IMG/VR virus record: IMGVR_UViG_3300025848_000176
Coordinates: 1 to 24,928 of that record
Length of the DNA stretch: 24,928 nucleotides
Reading direction: 5' to 3' (one strand)
Source of the DNA: a virus
Lineage: Duplodnaviria > Caudoviricetes
Of this stretch, positions 1 through 10,796 are shown piece by piece (position 1 is the stretch's first letter; every line of letters begins with the position of its first letter). The notes beneath the pieces were generated by a model. It was not told where the DNA came from and ran no database searches. It saw only the letters and a list, made by a program, of their open reading frames with translations. The translations under genes and the position numbers were made by a program.

Positions 1-297
1 GATAGTGAGGGGCGTGTAATTGGTTATTATAGTTATTGGACAGAGATAATAAGTGAGGGTAGAAAGCAAGAGGGCGACCCCTATAATTTGGAAGATACAG
101 GCGAGTTTTTTATGAGTATGTTTGTAAAAGTTTTGGCAGACGGTATAATAATTAATGCAGATTACGCAAAAATGCAAGGTCAGGATTGGTGGGATTTAAA
201 CATTTTAAATTTAACAGAGGAAAATTTAACCAAATATGTGGAAAAAATTAAAGAGAATTATATCATTTATGCCCGAAAAGTATTGGGGGTCGATTGA
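1..297 (+). CDS. 5'-truncated phage tail-completion/neck-like protein
   Basis: The frame is open from base 1 (DSEGRVIGYYSYWTEII...), so the TTG at 88 is probably not the true start. LEDTGEF..S resembles the DTG motif of HK97 gp10-like proteins, and the gene lies upstream of the tape measure. Confidence 0.5.
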   Translation, partial: DSEGRVIGYYSYWTEIISEGRKQEGDPYNLEDTGEFFMSMFVKVLADGIIINADYAKMQGQDWWDLNILNLTEENLTKYVEKIKENYIIYARKVLGVD

Positions 298-709
298 TGA
301 AATGCCACTTTATAACTGGATTAAATGCAACAACGGACATTTGGAGTATGTACGAAATGGAAGAGGAAATAAGGCGAATGATGTAATTAATTGGATGCGG
401 TTGTATAACGAATATTTAGCCACTTTTGGACTAGATAAACGATATAAGAAGTATTTAGAAGTTAAACGTAAAAAAGCTTTATTACAAGCAGAATATGTAA
501 TAAAAAAAGATAGGTTTAAACTTACTGAAATTGAGATACAGGACGCAAAATTAAAAGATTTAGAGGTACATTTTGGCGACGGAAAAAGTATCGAAACAAT
601 ATTAATGTATTTATCTATGCACTTAGGCTACAAATTAAACCCAAAAGAAACAACAGTTAAAGAATATTTTACAATTTTAAACGAATATGGCAAATCAAAT
701 AAAGCGTAG
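236..709 (+). CDS. Hypothetical protein, possible tail assembly chaperone
   Basis: 157-aa ORF directly before the tape measure gene and overlapping its start. The real start may be the ATG at 269 (MPEKYW). Function inferred from position only. Confidence 0.5.
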   Translation: MWKKLKRIISFMPEKYWGSIDEMPLYNWIKCNNGHLEYVRNGRGNKANDVINWMRLYNEYLATFGLDKRYKKYLEVKRKKALLQAEYVIKKDRFKLTEIEIQDAKLKDLEVHFGDGKSIETILMYLSMHLGYKLNPKETTVKEYFTILNEYGKSNKA

Positions 710-3700
710 TGAAATAGCAGAAGAGGATTTATATAAGGAAATCCGAGAAAGTGCTGATAAGACTATTAAAATAGTTGAAACGTTAAATATTAATTTGGAA
801 AAAACTGCAAAAGTTTTACAAACCGAGTTAAAAAAACCGTTGGATAATACCATTGAAAGTATAGAAAAATTGCAAACCTCGAGTAAATTAATGAGTGAGG
901 CAATGGAGCACAGCTTGAAACTTGATAAAGCCAAAGCCGATGCGGTTAAAAGCCAAATTAAGGCTGATGAAAACCTACGTAAAATAGAGCAAGAAAGGAT
1001 AAAGCTTAAAAAACAGTTAACAGATGCTACGGATGAAGAGGTAAAGGCGAAAATTAAGTATCAAAAAGTAAGCGCAGAACAAAAAAAGATTTTAGCGGAT
1101 GAAATAATCCTGAACGACGAAAACGCTGGAACTTTGGAAAAAGTAGCTGCGCAAAGTCGTATTTTAAGAAGAGAGCGCGAAAAGTTAAATCTTGAAACTG
1201 TAGAGGGTAAAAAAAGGCTAAAGGAAATTAACGACCAGTTGGATGAAAATAACGAAATTATCCGAGAAAATTCCGATGCTTTAAAGCAACAAAAGTTAAA
1301 TGTTGGTAATTATACCGATAGCATTAAAGAAGCAACAGGGGAATTAGGCGGTTTAATTGGTGGAATTAAAGACAGTATCGACGCGCTTAAAGGACAGGTT
1401 CAACAATTTGTTGTATTAGGTAAATCGGCAGATACTGCTGGTAAAAAAGTACGTTTATTTGGTAAGGCTTTAAAAGCGATTGGGATTGGTGCTATTATAG
1501 CCTTATTGGGGTCTATGGTTTCCGCTATGGCAGATACTCGAGAGGGTGTTTTGACTATGCAAGGCACTATGGAAAAATTCATGTCCAGTTTAACGATGTT
1601 TGGGCAAAAGGCAATTGATTGGTTTACTATACTTAAATTAAACATCGAAAAAACTAAATTGGAATTTCAACAAATTTTTAGCGTAGGAAAAGAAAGCGCA
1701 ACTATGAAAAAAAGAATTGGAGAAATTAAAGACGAATTAGATAAAATAGATAAAAAGAAGTATGATTTGGGAGCCGTTTTTGAGGGTGTAGATGAAGCTA
1801 TAAATAAGCAATTTGAATACGAAAATGCACTAGCAAAAACAAGTGAAGAGATAGAGCGATTAATGGGTGTTGAAGAGATATTAAGCGACCGAACAGGCGA
1901 TATGACTATTTCATTCGATAAACAACGTATGGCACAAAGCCAGTATAATGAAACAATCGTAAAAAGGATTGGTTTAGAAAAACAATTAGCGGAACAAAAC
2001 CTTGATGTACAGGCTTTAAAATTACGACAAAGTTTGTTAAAAGCTGGCATGGACTACTCTGTTCAACAAGTTAAAAACTTAGAGTTTTTGAATAATGAAA
2101 ATGCTAGCATGAAGATTAATTCCGACCAGTTGGCTGAATTATCGGATGCTAAAACCGCATTAATTGCAAAAGATAACGAGTTGGCTAGTGCCTTAGCAAA
2201 AAACGCAATGGAAGCGCGAAATACTGCTAAGGATGATTTTGAGTTGCAGCTGGATTATGCAGTAGATTATTTTGATACTCAAAAAACAATTAATGAACGT
2301 ATAATCAACATGGAGCGTACAACTTTGGAGCAAAGAAAATTATTAACTGCTAATTTAGAGCGGTTGGCTGATAAAAGTTGGCAAAATCAAATAGATTTGA
2401 TAAACGAATACGCTGAAACAAAAATAGATTTAAATGCTTTAATCGCCTTAGATGATGAACAGCTAGTGAGAGAGCAAATAAAGGGGCAAATTAAAAATGA
2501 AACTTTAGGTATTCGAATTTTACAAACGATTAGAGATAGAAAAACCGCTTTGCAAGACATATCAGATTTGCACACGGAAACTTCCTTAAAGGAAATTGAA
2601 TTAAACAAGGCAGTTGCTACAAGCATACAGGCAATAGATGAAGATAATTTGAGTTTAAGAATTGAAAAAGCAGAGCGCGAATTCGATATCGAAAAACAGT
2701 TAGAAGATAGAAAATTGATTTTACAAGATAAAACTTATGAAAATTTAAAATTACAATTGGATGAAATTAAAAAGTTGAAAATACAGCAATTAATGGACAT
2801 TGCATATTTTGAGCGCGAAACAGCGCAGCAAGAAATTATTGAGCAAGAAGAAAAAACAAAGAAATTAGAGGAAATCAACAGTAAATTGGCGAACGATATT
2901 ATCCGATTGGAAAACGAAACTGCGGACAAAAAGCGCGAGATTGGATTTGAGGAGTTGGACAATGAACGCGAAATAATGGAAATACGTAGAGAAATGGTTT
3001 TGAATGGTTTACAATCGTTAACAGATATAACCAACGAATTAGCCGATAAACGTATTGCTAAAATTGATGAGGAAATTGAAGCAAGTCAAAGACGGTTTGA
3101 TAGTTTACAAAGTTTGGCTGAAAGTGGTAATATTTTGGCTCGTGAAAGTATGGCAGAAGAAGCAAAATTAATGGCTGAACAAAACAGAAAACGCGAACAG
3201 GAAGAAAAAAGGAAGCAAAGAATACAGTTAGCAAGTAGTGTTTTACAGGCTTATGTAACGAATTCAAACAACCCACAAGTAAAAAATCCGTTGCAAAAAA
3301 CCATAACGGATACGGTGTTGCTTACTGAATTTATTAAATCTTTACCTGCATTTTTTGACGGTACGGAGGACACAGGAAAAAACGGAAATGGCATTGATAA
3401 TAAAGGCGGTTTTTTATCGGTTTTGCACCCTAATGAAAGGGTAGTAACTGCAAAGCAAAATGAATTAATCGGTGGAATGAGTAATGAAGAGTTAAGTAAA
3501 TTGGCTTATAACTATCAAAACGGTATGATTAGACCCATAACAGATACTGCCTTAAGCAACGGTTTTGCTGGTGTTGAAATTTTGGCGAAAAAATTGGATA
3601 GTTTGGAACGTACTATTGCAAATAAACCCGAGCACACTATACAAGTAGAACAAATTATAGGCGGTGCAATGGCTATCACTAGGAATACAAAAAAAGGCAA

Positions 3701-3734
3701 TACTAATATTTACAATAGATACAGGGTAAGCTAA
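687..3734 (+). CDS. Tail tape measure protein
   Basis: 1015 aa, coiled-coil-like and E/K/L-rich. Contains an LNVGNY motif followed by a hydrophobic G/A-rich segment (ALKAIGIGAIIALLG) and a C-terminal FFDGTEDTG...LHPNERV block typical of tape measure proteins. Confidence 0.85.
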   Translation: MANQIKRSEIAEEDLYKEIRESADKTIKIVETLNINLEKTAKVLQTELKKPLDNTIESIEKLQTSSKLMSEAMEHSLKLDKAKADAVKSQIKADENLRKIEQERIKLKKQLTDATDEEVKAKIKYQKVSAEQKKILADEIILNDENAGTLEKVAAQSRILRREREKLNLETVEGKKRLKEINDQLDENNEIIRENSDALKQQKLNVGNYTDSIKEATGELGGLIGGIKDSIDALKGQVQQFVVLGKSADTAGKKVRLFGKALKAIGIGAIIALLGSMVSAMADTREGVLTMQGTMEKFMSSLTMFGQKAIDWFTILKLNIEKTKLEFQQIFSVGKESATMKKRIGEIKDELDKIDKKKYDLGAVFEGVDEAINKQFEYENALAKTSEEIERLMGVEEILSDRTGDMTISFDKQRMAQSQYNETIVKRIGLEKQLAEQNLDVQALKLRQSLLKAGMDYSVQQVKNLEFLNNENASMKINSDQLAELSDAKTALIAKDNELASALAKNAMEARNTAKDDFELQLDYAVDYFDTQKTINERIINMERTTLEQRKLLTANLERLADKSWQNQIDLINEYAETKIDLNALIALDDEQLVREQIKGQIKNETLGIRILQTIRDRKTALQDISDLHTETSLKEIELNKAVATSIQAIDEDNLSLRIEKAEREFDIEKQLEDRKLILQDKTYENLKLQLDEIKKLKIQQLMDIAYFERETAQQEIIEQEEKTKKLEEINSKLANDIIRLENETADKKREIGFEELDNEREIMEIRREMVLNGLQSLTDITNELADKRIAKIDEEIEASQRRFDSLQSLAESGNILARESMAEEAKLMAEQNRKREQEEKRKQRIQLASSVLQAYVTNSNNPQVKNPLQKTITDTVLLTEFIKSLPAFFDGTEDTGKNGNGIDNKGGFLSVLHPNERVVTAKQNELIGGMSNEELSKLAYNYQNGMIRPITDTALSNGFAGVEILAKKLDSLERTIANKPEHTIQVEQIIGGAMAITRNTKKGNTNIYNRYRVS

Positions 3735-5446
3735 TGAAACACTATTTAAATGGGGTTGAAGTAGCACCCCGAAATGTTCTTGAAATTGGATTAATTACGG
3801 ATTATACAGGCAATCCCGAAATGTTGCAAGTGGATACGGATACTATTGTTTTGCCTCGTGAAGCAAGGGATATAATAATGCAACACGTAGCAACACAAGG
3901 GGTATTCGAGGGTATTCCGTACACGTTGGAAGTTGGTAATATACAACTTGACTACTATGTGGATCTAACTGAAAGTTTTGCAATCCGAGATTTTGAGGTG
4001 GAAGTTAAAATAAAAAAGCGTAAAGGATTTGATAATTTCTTTGAAAACGCGGAGGGTTTAAGCTTTGAATTAATGGCAAAAAAGGGTGTTAATTTTAACT
4101 TTATTAATTTGCCTTACTTAATAATTCCAGAAAATCAAGTTGAAATAGGGTTAACTTTGTCTTTGGCTATCTACTCACTTACTAGGGAAGCTATACAGGC
4201 CACAAGGGATTTGGTAAGTGCAACAGAAAAATTAATTAGAGCCGTAACACCAAATGTTAGCTTAGTTCCTGTGCCACCATTAGGCGAAATTATAGCGTTA
4301 AGCGTTGCGGTTGTTGCCCAGTTAGCTTATACTTTGGCTATTTATGTTGCTTTAATTAAGTTAGTAAGGCAATTACAAGAATTAATATTTCCAAAAGTTC
4401 GATATTACAAAGGTGCTACAATTAAGGAATTGATTAAAAAAGGGTGTGAGTATTTGGGTTATACTTTAGATAGCAATTTGCTTAATTTATGGGATAAATT
4501 AACCATTATGCCAGTACCGTTAATTAAGGATAAACGAAGCGTATTTAATTTTATTCAAAACGATTTGAATTTTAGCTTTACAAAAGGCTACCCTACTGCA
4601 CAAGATACTGTTAGCACACTAGGGGAATTAATAAATGCGGTTGAAACGTGGTTTAATGCAAAAACAAAGGTGTTTAATGGTGTTGTACAAATTGAACGTA
4701 GGGATTACTGGAAGAACATCACTACTAACACCACTTTACCAGCTTTAAATTTACAATCGGATAGGCAAAATGAGTATAGATTTAATACAGAGGAAGCGTG
4801 GAAGCGTACCTACATACACTATCAAGTCGATTATGCAGATACGCATACTCTGGATAAATTTGACCCAACTGATGCCGAATATAGCACCGAGCCATTGAAT
4901 GTAATTAATGAAGATTTGGTAAGTATTCGAGGTTTTAACGATGTAAATATACCATTTGCTTTGGGTGTAAGAAAGGATGAACTAAGTTATATCGAAATTT
5001 TTGGGCGTACATTTTTACAATTAGCGGATAGTATTATTGGTTTGTTTGGTGTTGATTTAAATTTTACATCATTAATTACAGACCGCTTAGGAGTTACGCA
5101 AATCAGCAGCCAATTTTTTGGAGTTACTAAGGTGCTTTACGCTGTAAATGGAAGACAGCCAAAAAACTACGTGGATAAAATAAAAGCTAGTAATATTTAT
5201 AATCTTTACCACAAAATAAACGAAATTAATGTAAATGGCTTTAAGGTGTATAATGATGCACCAATGCGATTAAATCCGCAAGAATTTATATCTTTGTTAG
5301 ATAATAATTTTGCTTATATTAATGGTGCTTTATGCGAGATTTTGACAGTACGTTTTACGGATGAACAAAGTCAAGCGGTTATAAGCTACCGAGAGCCGTT
5401 TAATTATGCTGAGGGTAAAGTTGAAATATTAACAATAAATGATTAA
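3734..5446 (+). CDS. Virion tail structural protein (hub/baseplate-like)
   Basis: 570 aa, coupled to the tape measure gene (TAATG overlap), in the position usually held by distal-tail/hub genes. Has an internal hydrophobic helix region. Confidence 0.6.
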   Translation: MKHYLNGVEVAPRNVLEIGLITDYTGNPEMLQVDTDTIVLPREARDIIMQHVATQGVFEGIPYTLEVGNIQLDYYVDLTESFAIRDFEVEVKIKKRKGFDNFFENAEGLSFELMAKKGVNFNFINLPYLIIPENQVEIGLTLSLAIYSLTREAIQATRDLVSATEKLIRAVTPNVSLVPVPPLGEIIALSVAVVAQLAYTLAIYVALIKLVRQLQELIFPKVRYYKGATIKELIKKGCEYLGYTLDSNLLNLWDKLTIMPVPLIKDKRSVFNFIQNDLNFSFTKGYPTAQDTVSTLGELINAVETWFNAKTKVFNGVVQIERRDYWKNITTNTTLPALNLQSDRQNEYRFNTEEAWKRTYIHYQVDYADTHTLDKFDPTDAEYSTEPLNVINEDLVSIRGFNDVNIPFALGVRKDELSYIEIFGRTFLQLADSIIGLFGVDLNFTSLITDRLGVTQISSQFFGVTKVLYAVNGRQPKNYVDKIKASNIYNLYHKINEINVNGFKVYNDAPMRLNPQEFISLLDNNFAYINGALCEILTVRFTDEQSQAVISYREPFNYAEGKVEILTIND

Positions 5447-5448
5447 TC

Positions 5449-5673
5449 ATGGGAATTGAAGAAATAGCAAAAAACTTGCAGAATTTAAGCGCGAATGTGG
5501 AGCAATTAGTAAAGCTACAAAATGAAGCTTACAGCAAGTTAGCGCCCGAAGTTTACGAAAAAGTAAAACAACATCAAGTTGATATTAACGAAATGATGCG
5601 AGAGGTTAAGAGTGGGAATTTTTTAGGAATTAATAAATTTGCAGAAAAATATGCCGATATTAATAGAAAATAA
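5449..5673 (+). CDS. Small hypothetical coiled-coil protein in tail module
   Basis: 74-aa ORF tightly packed between tail genes. Confidence 0.6.
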   Translation: MGIEEIAKNLQNLSANVEQLVKLQNEAYSKLAPEVYEKVKQHQVDINEMMREVKSGNFLGINKFAEKYADINRK

Positions 5674-7945
5674 TAACTATACAAACGCGTATGGTTATAG
5701 CGGTCCAACTTATGTAAGTAATGCTGGGGATACAAGCATTTTAACGATTACAGTAGCCGAATTAATCCGAGTTACAACACAGGGTAATCCGTTTAGTTTT
5801 GACCCGATAATGAATATTTTGAGCAGTCCAACGATTAGTTGGATTAGCGAGGGTATAAGAGTTGGCGACATTGTACGAATTAGGAAATATACAAGTGCTG
5901 GGGTGTTAAGCGCAACACACCACGCGAATGTAACAAGCGTAACAGCTACGAACTTAAATCTTGATACGTGGTCGGCTGGTTTGTTTTACGACATTTCGGC
6001 GAACGAGATAATGGAAGTAGTGCCAGTTGTAAGTGTTGGCGGTGTTGCACGTAGGAGGTCGGATTTGTTACTTGAATTTAACCATGCACTAAATAATCAA
6101 AGCGGTAGTTCTGCAAGTTTAATAGACGGAGAAAAAACACAAATATTTTTCGGGCAAGTAAACGATTTAATTGTGAGCGGTGCGCAAGGTGGTTTCTTAA
6201 TTGGCAATCAATCGGGGCAATTCTTAGATAATGCCGAAATTGAGTATTTAGGAACTAATGCAGATGGTTTCCATCAATACGAAATAAGTATTGAGTTTGC
6301 AAATAGTGGGGTATTTAATCAAGAATGGTTCGCAACATCCGATTGTTTGAAAGTATTTGTACGCGGACTTTGGGCGAGTATAGACAATGAAGTGTTTAAC
6401 CGAGCTGAATTTGTATTGGATGAAAGTGCGAACACTGGTTGGTTTAATGAAGCAAATAATATAAGTGTTGCAACTGGTGGAAGTGTAGTGTTACCGATTA
6501 GCGAACTAAAATTTAATACAGTAAACACCGTATCTTTTGAAGTGGATTTAAATGGTACTGATGTAGACGATTTGGCAATCGGAGGGGTTTATATTTCAAC
6601 CGATGATAGTTATTTCAAGAATAAACCTACGAGCCAAAGTAAGTTAAGTTACCTATTACCAACTACGGTAATAACCGTAGGCAATACCTATACATCATTT
6701 GCAAACAATGGTGCTGAATGGGAGGTGCTTGTTTTCGATATTGATGTTGTTTCGGATGTTGCGACGGTAACGCTAGAGGTTACGTTTAATAATGCTTTTC
6801 AAACCTTTATTGATGCGAGGGATGAAGACCGTTTATTTTACATTTGGGCGAAAGTTGGTAACACAAATCATTTAGTTTATTCCGAACAATTAAGCAAAGA
6901 AATGCCAACAGGGGGGGTGTTGACTATGAATAGTAATTTTGGTTACTTAGACCATTCCCAAAATGTAACAAGTGTATCAGGCGACTTAACAGAATTTGAT
7001 GCGGACATTGAAGACGATTTGGCTTATTATAGCACTTTTAATTTAGAGAAATTTAAAACTACCTACGAAAATATAAACGTACGTATTGAAGCGTATAATA
7101 CCACTACAGATGAACGTTTTACATTGCAACAATCAAACTTTAGCTTTGCAAGTGCCATTTATCAAAGTAGTACGGGTAAATACCTACTTAACCAAACTCA
7201 AAATATAAATAATGAGTTGTTAAATACCAGCGAAAAAAGAAACGCAGTTGTACAATTAACAGGTGTTGAAGATAGCGAAAGTTACGAGGTATCTGTTTAC
7301 TATCCTTTTATTATAAATTGGAAATACTGGCTAAGCTTACTAGGTGTAAATACTGATTTTGCTCCTGATTTTAATAATGATTGGTTTCCTTATGCAAATA
7401 CGGGAGCGTGGGAGGTAAGGGCAACAATCGTTTTAACTGATAACGGTTTAAATTTTGAACATTCCAACACTTTAGCAATAAACAACTATGATGCTAATGA
7501 TGATGTTGACACTACTATTGTTTTGCGTAAAGCTTCCGATAATAGCGTGGTTACTTTTATTCCGAAAAACGAGCCGTTAATAATTGAAACTACTCACGTT
7601 TTGAACTCAGGAGTTTGGGATTTACAAAAGATTTGGGGACAAATTACGGTAGAGCCATTCGAGAATTCTCCGAGGTGGATGTTATCTAGTATCATTGATT
7701 TTGATAATAATATAAATAATCCTTTGCGACCAATCTCTGGTTTACTTTTAGATTTTGATTTAATTTCTACAAATATTATAAAATTTTCTTGTAACTTTGA
7801 CAGTAGTAAATTATCTACGGTAAAAAACGTAAAAATAACTGCTAAAATTAAGCAAGGTTTGGAAAATATTGTTACCGTTTTTAAACTTACAACGGCAAAC
7901 GATGATAAAGAAACAACAGAAGACGAACTAAAAATATTAAGTTAA
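5651..7945 (+). CDS. Large beta-rich tail/virion structural protein
   Basis: About 764 aa, rich in N/S/T/V and acidic residues. The ATG at 5651 (MPILIEN) with an A-rich leader is preferred over the ORF-track start at 5639. Confidence 0.65.
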   Translation: MPILIENNNYTNAYGYSGPTYVSNAGDTSILTITVAELIRVTTQGNPFSFDPIMNILSSPTISWISEGIRVGDIVRIRKYTSAGVLSATHHANVTSVTATNLNLDTWSAGLFYDISANEIMEVVPVVSVGGVARRRSDLLLEFNHALNNQSGSSASLIDGEKTQIFFGQVNDLIVSGAQGGFLIGNQSGQFLDNAEIEYLGTNADGFHQYEISIEFANSGVFNQEWFATSDCLKVFVRGLWASIDNEVFNRAEFVLDESANTGWFNEANNISVATGGSVVLPISELKFNTVNTVSFEVDLNGTDVDDLAIGGVYISTDDSYFKNKPTSQSKLSYLLPTTVITVGNTYTSFANNGAEWEVLVFDIDVVSDVATVTLEVTFNNAFQTFIDARDEDRLFYIWAKVGNTNHLVYSEQLSKEMPTGGVLTMNSNFGYLDHSQNVTSVSGDLTEFDADIEDDLAYYSTFNLEKFKTTYENINVRIEAYNTTTDERFTLQQSNFSFASAIYQSSTGKYLLNQTQNINNELLNTSEKRNAVVQLTGVEDSESYEVSVYYPFIINWKYWLSLLGVNTDFAPDFNNDWFPYANTGAWEVRATIVLTDNGLNFEHSNTLAINNYDANDDVDTTIVLRKASDNSVVTFIPKNEPLIIETTHVLNSGVWDLQKIWGQITVEPFENSPRWMLSSIIDFDNNINNPLRPISGLLLDFDLISTNIIKFSCNFDSSKLSTVKNVKITAKIKQGLENIVTVFKLTTANDDKETTEDELKILS

Positions 7946-9541
7946 ATGGCTGGAATTAAAATACATCAATACCCATTAGAGCGCACAAGTATAGGCGATG
8001 AAGATTACTACGACATTGATTACTATACAGGCTCGGGTTATCAATCGGCAAAAATTAAGGGTTCTACGTTAAAAAACGTACTTGGAGCGAACTACATTGA
8101 TATTTCAACCTTTATTTCGGGGTATGATTTAACCAATGTTGATGCTGGGAAATTAATTACTAACTCAAATGCTAATGTAAGGACTTTAGTAATTACAAGC
8201 GGTTTAGCTTTACCAAATAATATGGTAAGTGTTAAGGGTAGGATAGCTATACAACCAGAAACAGGTGTAAATATTACTTTGCCTAATGGTTCAACTATTA
8301 CAGAGCCTACACAGTTTACTTGCGAAGCCGATGAGGTTTATATTTTGCATAAATCAGCATTTACAGGCGACAATTACATTTTAGTTTCCTTAAAAAAATC
8401 CGAAAATATAGGCACAAACGATTTGATAATTTCGGACACTGTAAGAGAATTACAAGTTGCAACAGATGGAACATTCCAAATCGTTACAAATGATGCTAAC
8501 AACTCTGCTATTTTTAAAGTGGGTGAAAATAATAATGAAAGGTTTAGTTTAATAGAATTTAACACGGTTATATTTGATTTAATTAGTAAGTTCCAAAACC
8601 CTGCTATTACAGCTGGTGTAATTGTTGAAGTAAATCCTAATGAGTTTAAATTCATCGTGTTGCCTAATACAAGCAATACATCGGTTTACCATGGATTAAT
8701 AAGTGTAGATGCAAATAAAACAATAATTGAAAAATCAAATGCAGGTAAATTAACATTCAATAGTTCTTTGTCTTCTAACACTTTTGAAGATTTAAGAGCT
8801 ACAAAAAAAGGAATAGAATATAGTGCCGATTATTCTGCTAATTTTTCTGTTCGCAGTTTGGTGGATAAGGGTTATGTTGATAGTAATATTACTGATTACT
8901 ACGATGATGCCGATGTAACACCTTTACCACAAAGAGGAAAATTAAGAGCTTTAGAATACATTGAATTGGTGGATAATCCAACAAGTGAAGAAACCGAAAT
9001 ACAACTAAGAGCCGATAGTATTAAGGATGCTGAGGTAACAAGATTTGGCGAAAATGGTTCGGGTAATGTTGATTTAAAAATCCAAGAAAATAAATTATTA
9101 ACAGGAACTGCTGGGGGTTTTGCAATTGAGTTAAGTTTTGCACAAGAGGGTATTTTAGGATTAGATGTAAATAATGAAGTAAAGGAGTTTGAAGTAGTAG
9201 AAATTTACAACATACTTAAGGAAGAAAGTGTTACAGGCAACAAACAACTTGCATTATTAGATATAAACGGAAATTCTGCAAATGTTAAAGCTAAATTTGA
9301 AATTAGTGCAATAGCAGTTCAAAACACCACCGCCAACGCTGTTACGATTAATATAGGTAGTACGTCTTTAGGCACGGATGTAGTAAATGCTTTTGCATTG
9401 GGAGCGAGTGAAACAAAGAAACTACCTTTGGGCACAACATTTTTTAGCACAACAACAGGACAAAGTTTGTTCATTTCTTCTTCAAGTTGGAATAGTGCAA
9501 ACATAAATATACACGTAACAATTTCAAAGATATGGCAATAG
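7946..9541 (+). CDS. Tail fibre-like protein
   Basis: 531 aa, S/T/N/G-rich. N-terminus MAGIKIHQYP, an internal LVDKGYVD fibre-type motif, and position at the end of the tail module. Confidence 0.6.
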   Translation: MAGIKIHQYPLERTSIGDEDYYDIDYYTGSGYQSAKIKGSTLKNVLGANYIDISTFISGYDLTNVDAGKLITNSNANVRTLVITSGLALPNNMVSVKGRIAIQPETGVNITLPNGSTITEPTQFTCEADEVYILHKSAFTGDNYILVSLKKSENIGTNDLIISDTVRELQVATDGTFQIVTNDANNSAIFKVGENNNERFSLIEFNTVIFDLISKFQNPAITAGVIVEVNPNEFKFIVLPNTSNTSVYHGLISVDANKTIIEKSNAGKLTFNSSLSSNTFEDLRATKKGIEYSADYSANFSVRSLVDKGYVDSNITDYYDDADVTPLPQRGKLRALEYIELVDNPTSEETEIQLRADSIKDAEVTRFGENGSGNVDLKIQENKLLTGTAGGFAIELSFAQEGILGLDVNNEVKEFEVVEIYNILKEESVTGNKQLALLDINGNSANVKAKFEISAIAVQNTTANAVTINIGSTSLGTDVVNAFALGASETKKLPLGTTFFSTTTGQSLFISSSSWNSANINIHVTISKIWQ

Positions 9542-10287
9542 AGCAAAAAATATTGACTTTTGGCACTAACAAGGTTGGAACTATTGGAGGGAAGTTAATG
9601 GGTTATACTGAACCGCCAATACCATTGCAAGTTACAGATATTAGGCTTTGGCTTAATAATGATTTGTCAACAATGACGGTTAACGGCTCAAATAAAGTAT
9701 CACAATGGCGAGATAGTAGTGGGAATTTAAACCATTTTTCGCAAGGAACAGGCGCAAATCAACCGTTATTTGTTGCTAATGGTATAAATGGGCAAAATGG
9801 AGTTAAGTGGGATAATAATTCGGACGAGTTTTTAAATTGCACATTAGGTTCTGCTATTAGCCAAAAATACACAATAATAACTGTATGGAATTTAGACTCT
9901 AACAGTACAAGGAGTTACCCTTATGTTTACGACAGAAATGGGGCTATTGGCGATAGAATACAACTATATTGGTTTAGTGGCAATATTCGTATAGGTTCGC
10001 CAACAGTAGTAACAGCTTATGCAAAAACACGACCTTTTAGCCTTATGAGTAGTGAGGTTTGTTATAATAATACAAGCTCAAAGGTTTATCAAAATGGAGT
10101 GTTACAAGCCACAGTTAACAGCGGTTCAAGTTCTCTAACATCTTTACGTTTAGGACATTTAAACACTTTTGATGCTAACTCTAGATTAAGCGGTTATATT
10201 TGTGAGATGATGGTTTACGCTAAAGAATTAAGCGCAGGAGAGAGAACATTAATAAACGATTATTTAACTTTAAAATATGGTTTATAA
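9532..10287 (+). CDS. Concanavalin A/LamG-like lectin-domain virion protein (putative receptor binding)
   Basis: LWL..D, VSQWRDSSGN.NH..Q....QP, G.NG.NGV and G.I.E...Y...LS..E....I.DYL..KYG pattern, characteristic of phage LamG-like domains. Confidence 0.75.
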   Translation: MAIEQKILTFGTNKVGTIGGKLMGYTEPPIPLQVTDIRLWLNNDLSTMTVNGSNKVSQWRDSSGNLNHFSQGTGANQPLFVANGINGQNGVKWDNNSDEFLNCTLGSAISQKYTIITVWNLDSNSTRSYPYVYDRNGAIGDRIQLYWFSGNIRIGSPTVVTAYAKTRPFSLMSSEVCYNNTSSKVYQNGVLQATVNSGSSSLTSLRLGHLNTFDANSRLSGYICEMMVYAKELSAGERTLINDYLTLKYGL

Positions 10288-10732
10288 AATAGATTTAAGC
10301 GTTTATACAACGCAAATCCAACATTTAAATAATGAATGGATTACGCAACATAGGGCAAACAATCCACAAGACACCGTAACACAACGCTATGTTGATGAAT
10401 GGGTGTGGCGTGGGTTTGGTTACGTTGTTAAAGATGCAATTACAGAGCAGTATATTACTGATTACGTGGAAATAGTGGATGAATTGCCAACACGTTGGCA
10501 CGAAGATAAAGCGGTGCAAATCATACAAAATAAAAGCGGTGTAGTTTGGGGTGCAATGAATGAGCCACAAATAGCATTAGGTTTGGCAATGCACCGACAA
10601 GCAATGAATATGCAAACGTATGAAGAGGGCGATAAGCTTTATTTTTATGCTAATACAATACTGCCCGAACATCAAGCAATTTTTGAAGCATATCCTAACT
10701 TAGAAATTACAGTTAACCATGCAGAAAACTAA
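10277..10732 (+). CDS. Hypothetical protein, possible fibre-associated/assembly protein
   Basis: 151-aa ORF overlapping the end of the LamG-like gene. Confidence 0.6.
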   Translation: MVYKIDLSVYTTQIQHLNNEWITQHRANNPQDTVTQRYVDEWVWRGFGYVVKDAITEQYITDYVEIVDELPTRWHEDKAVQIIQNKSGVVWGAMNEPQIALGLAMHRQAMNMQTYEEGDKLYFYANTILPEHQAIFEAYPNLEITVNHAEN

Positions 10733-10796
10733 CATTGAAAGGTGGGCGGAGTTAGCCTTGTTTATTATTTTTATTTACTTGTTTGTATCTAAATGA
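10719..10796 (+). CDS. Unannotated 25-aa single-TM peptide
   Basis: My translation is MQKTNIERWAELALFIIFIYLFVSK*. It fills the gap between neighbouring genes and its stop overlaps the next start (ATGA at 10793-10796). Confidence 0.5.
   Translation: MQKTNIERWAELALFIIFIYLFVSK

Noticed and set aside
465-512. A-runs (AAAAAAG) as a programmed tail-chaperone frameshift
   Set aside because: A-runs are ubiquitous in this sequence, and the ORF already runs into the tape measure gene with no separate downstream frame to join.
7946-10287. Diversity-generating retroelement target in the fibre or lectin genes
   Set aside because: I saw no reverse transcriptase and no template/variable repeat pair in the window.
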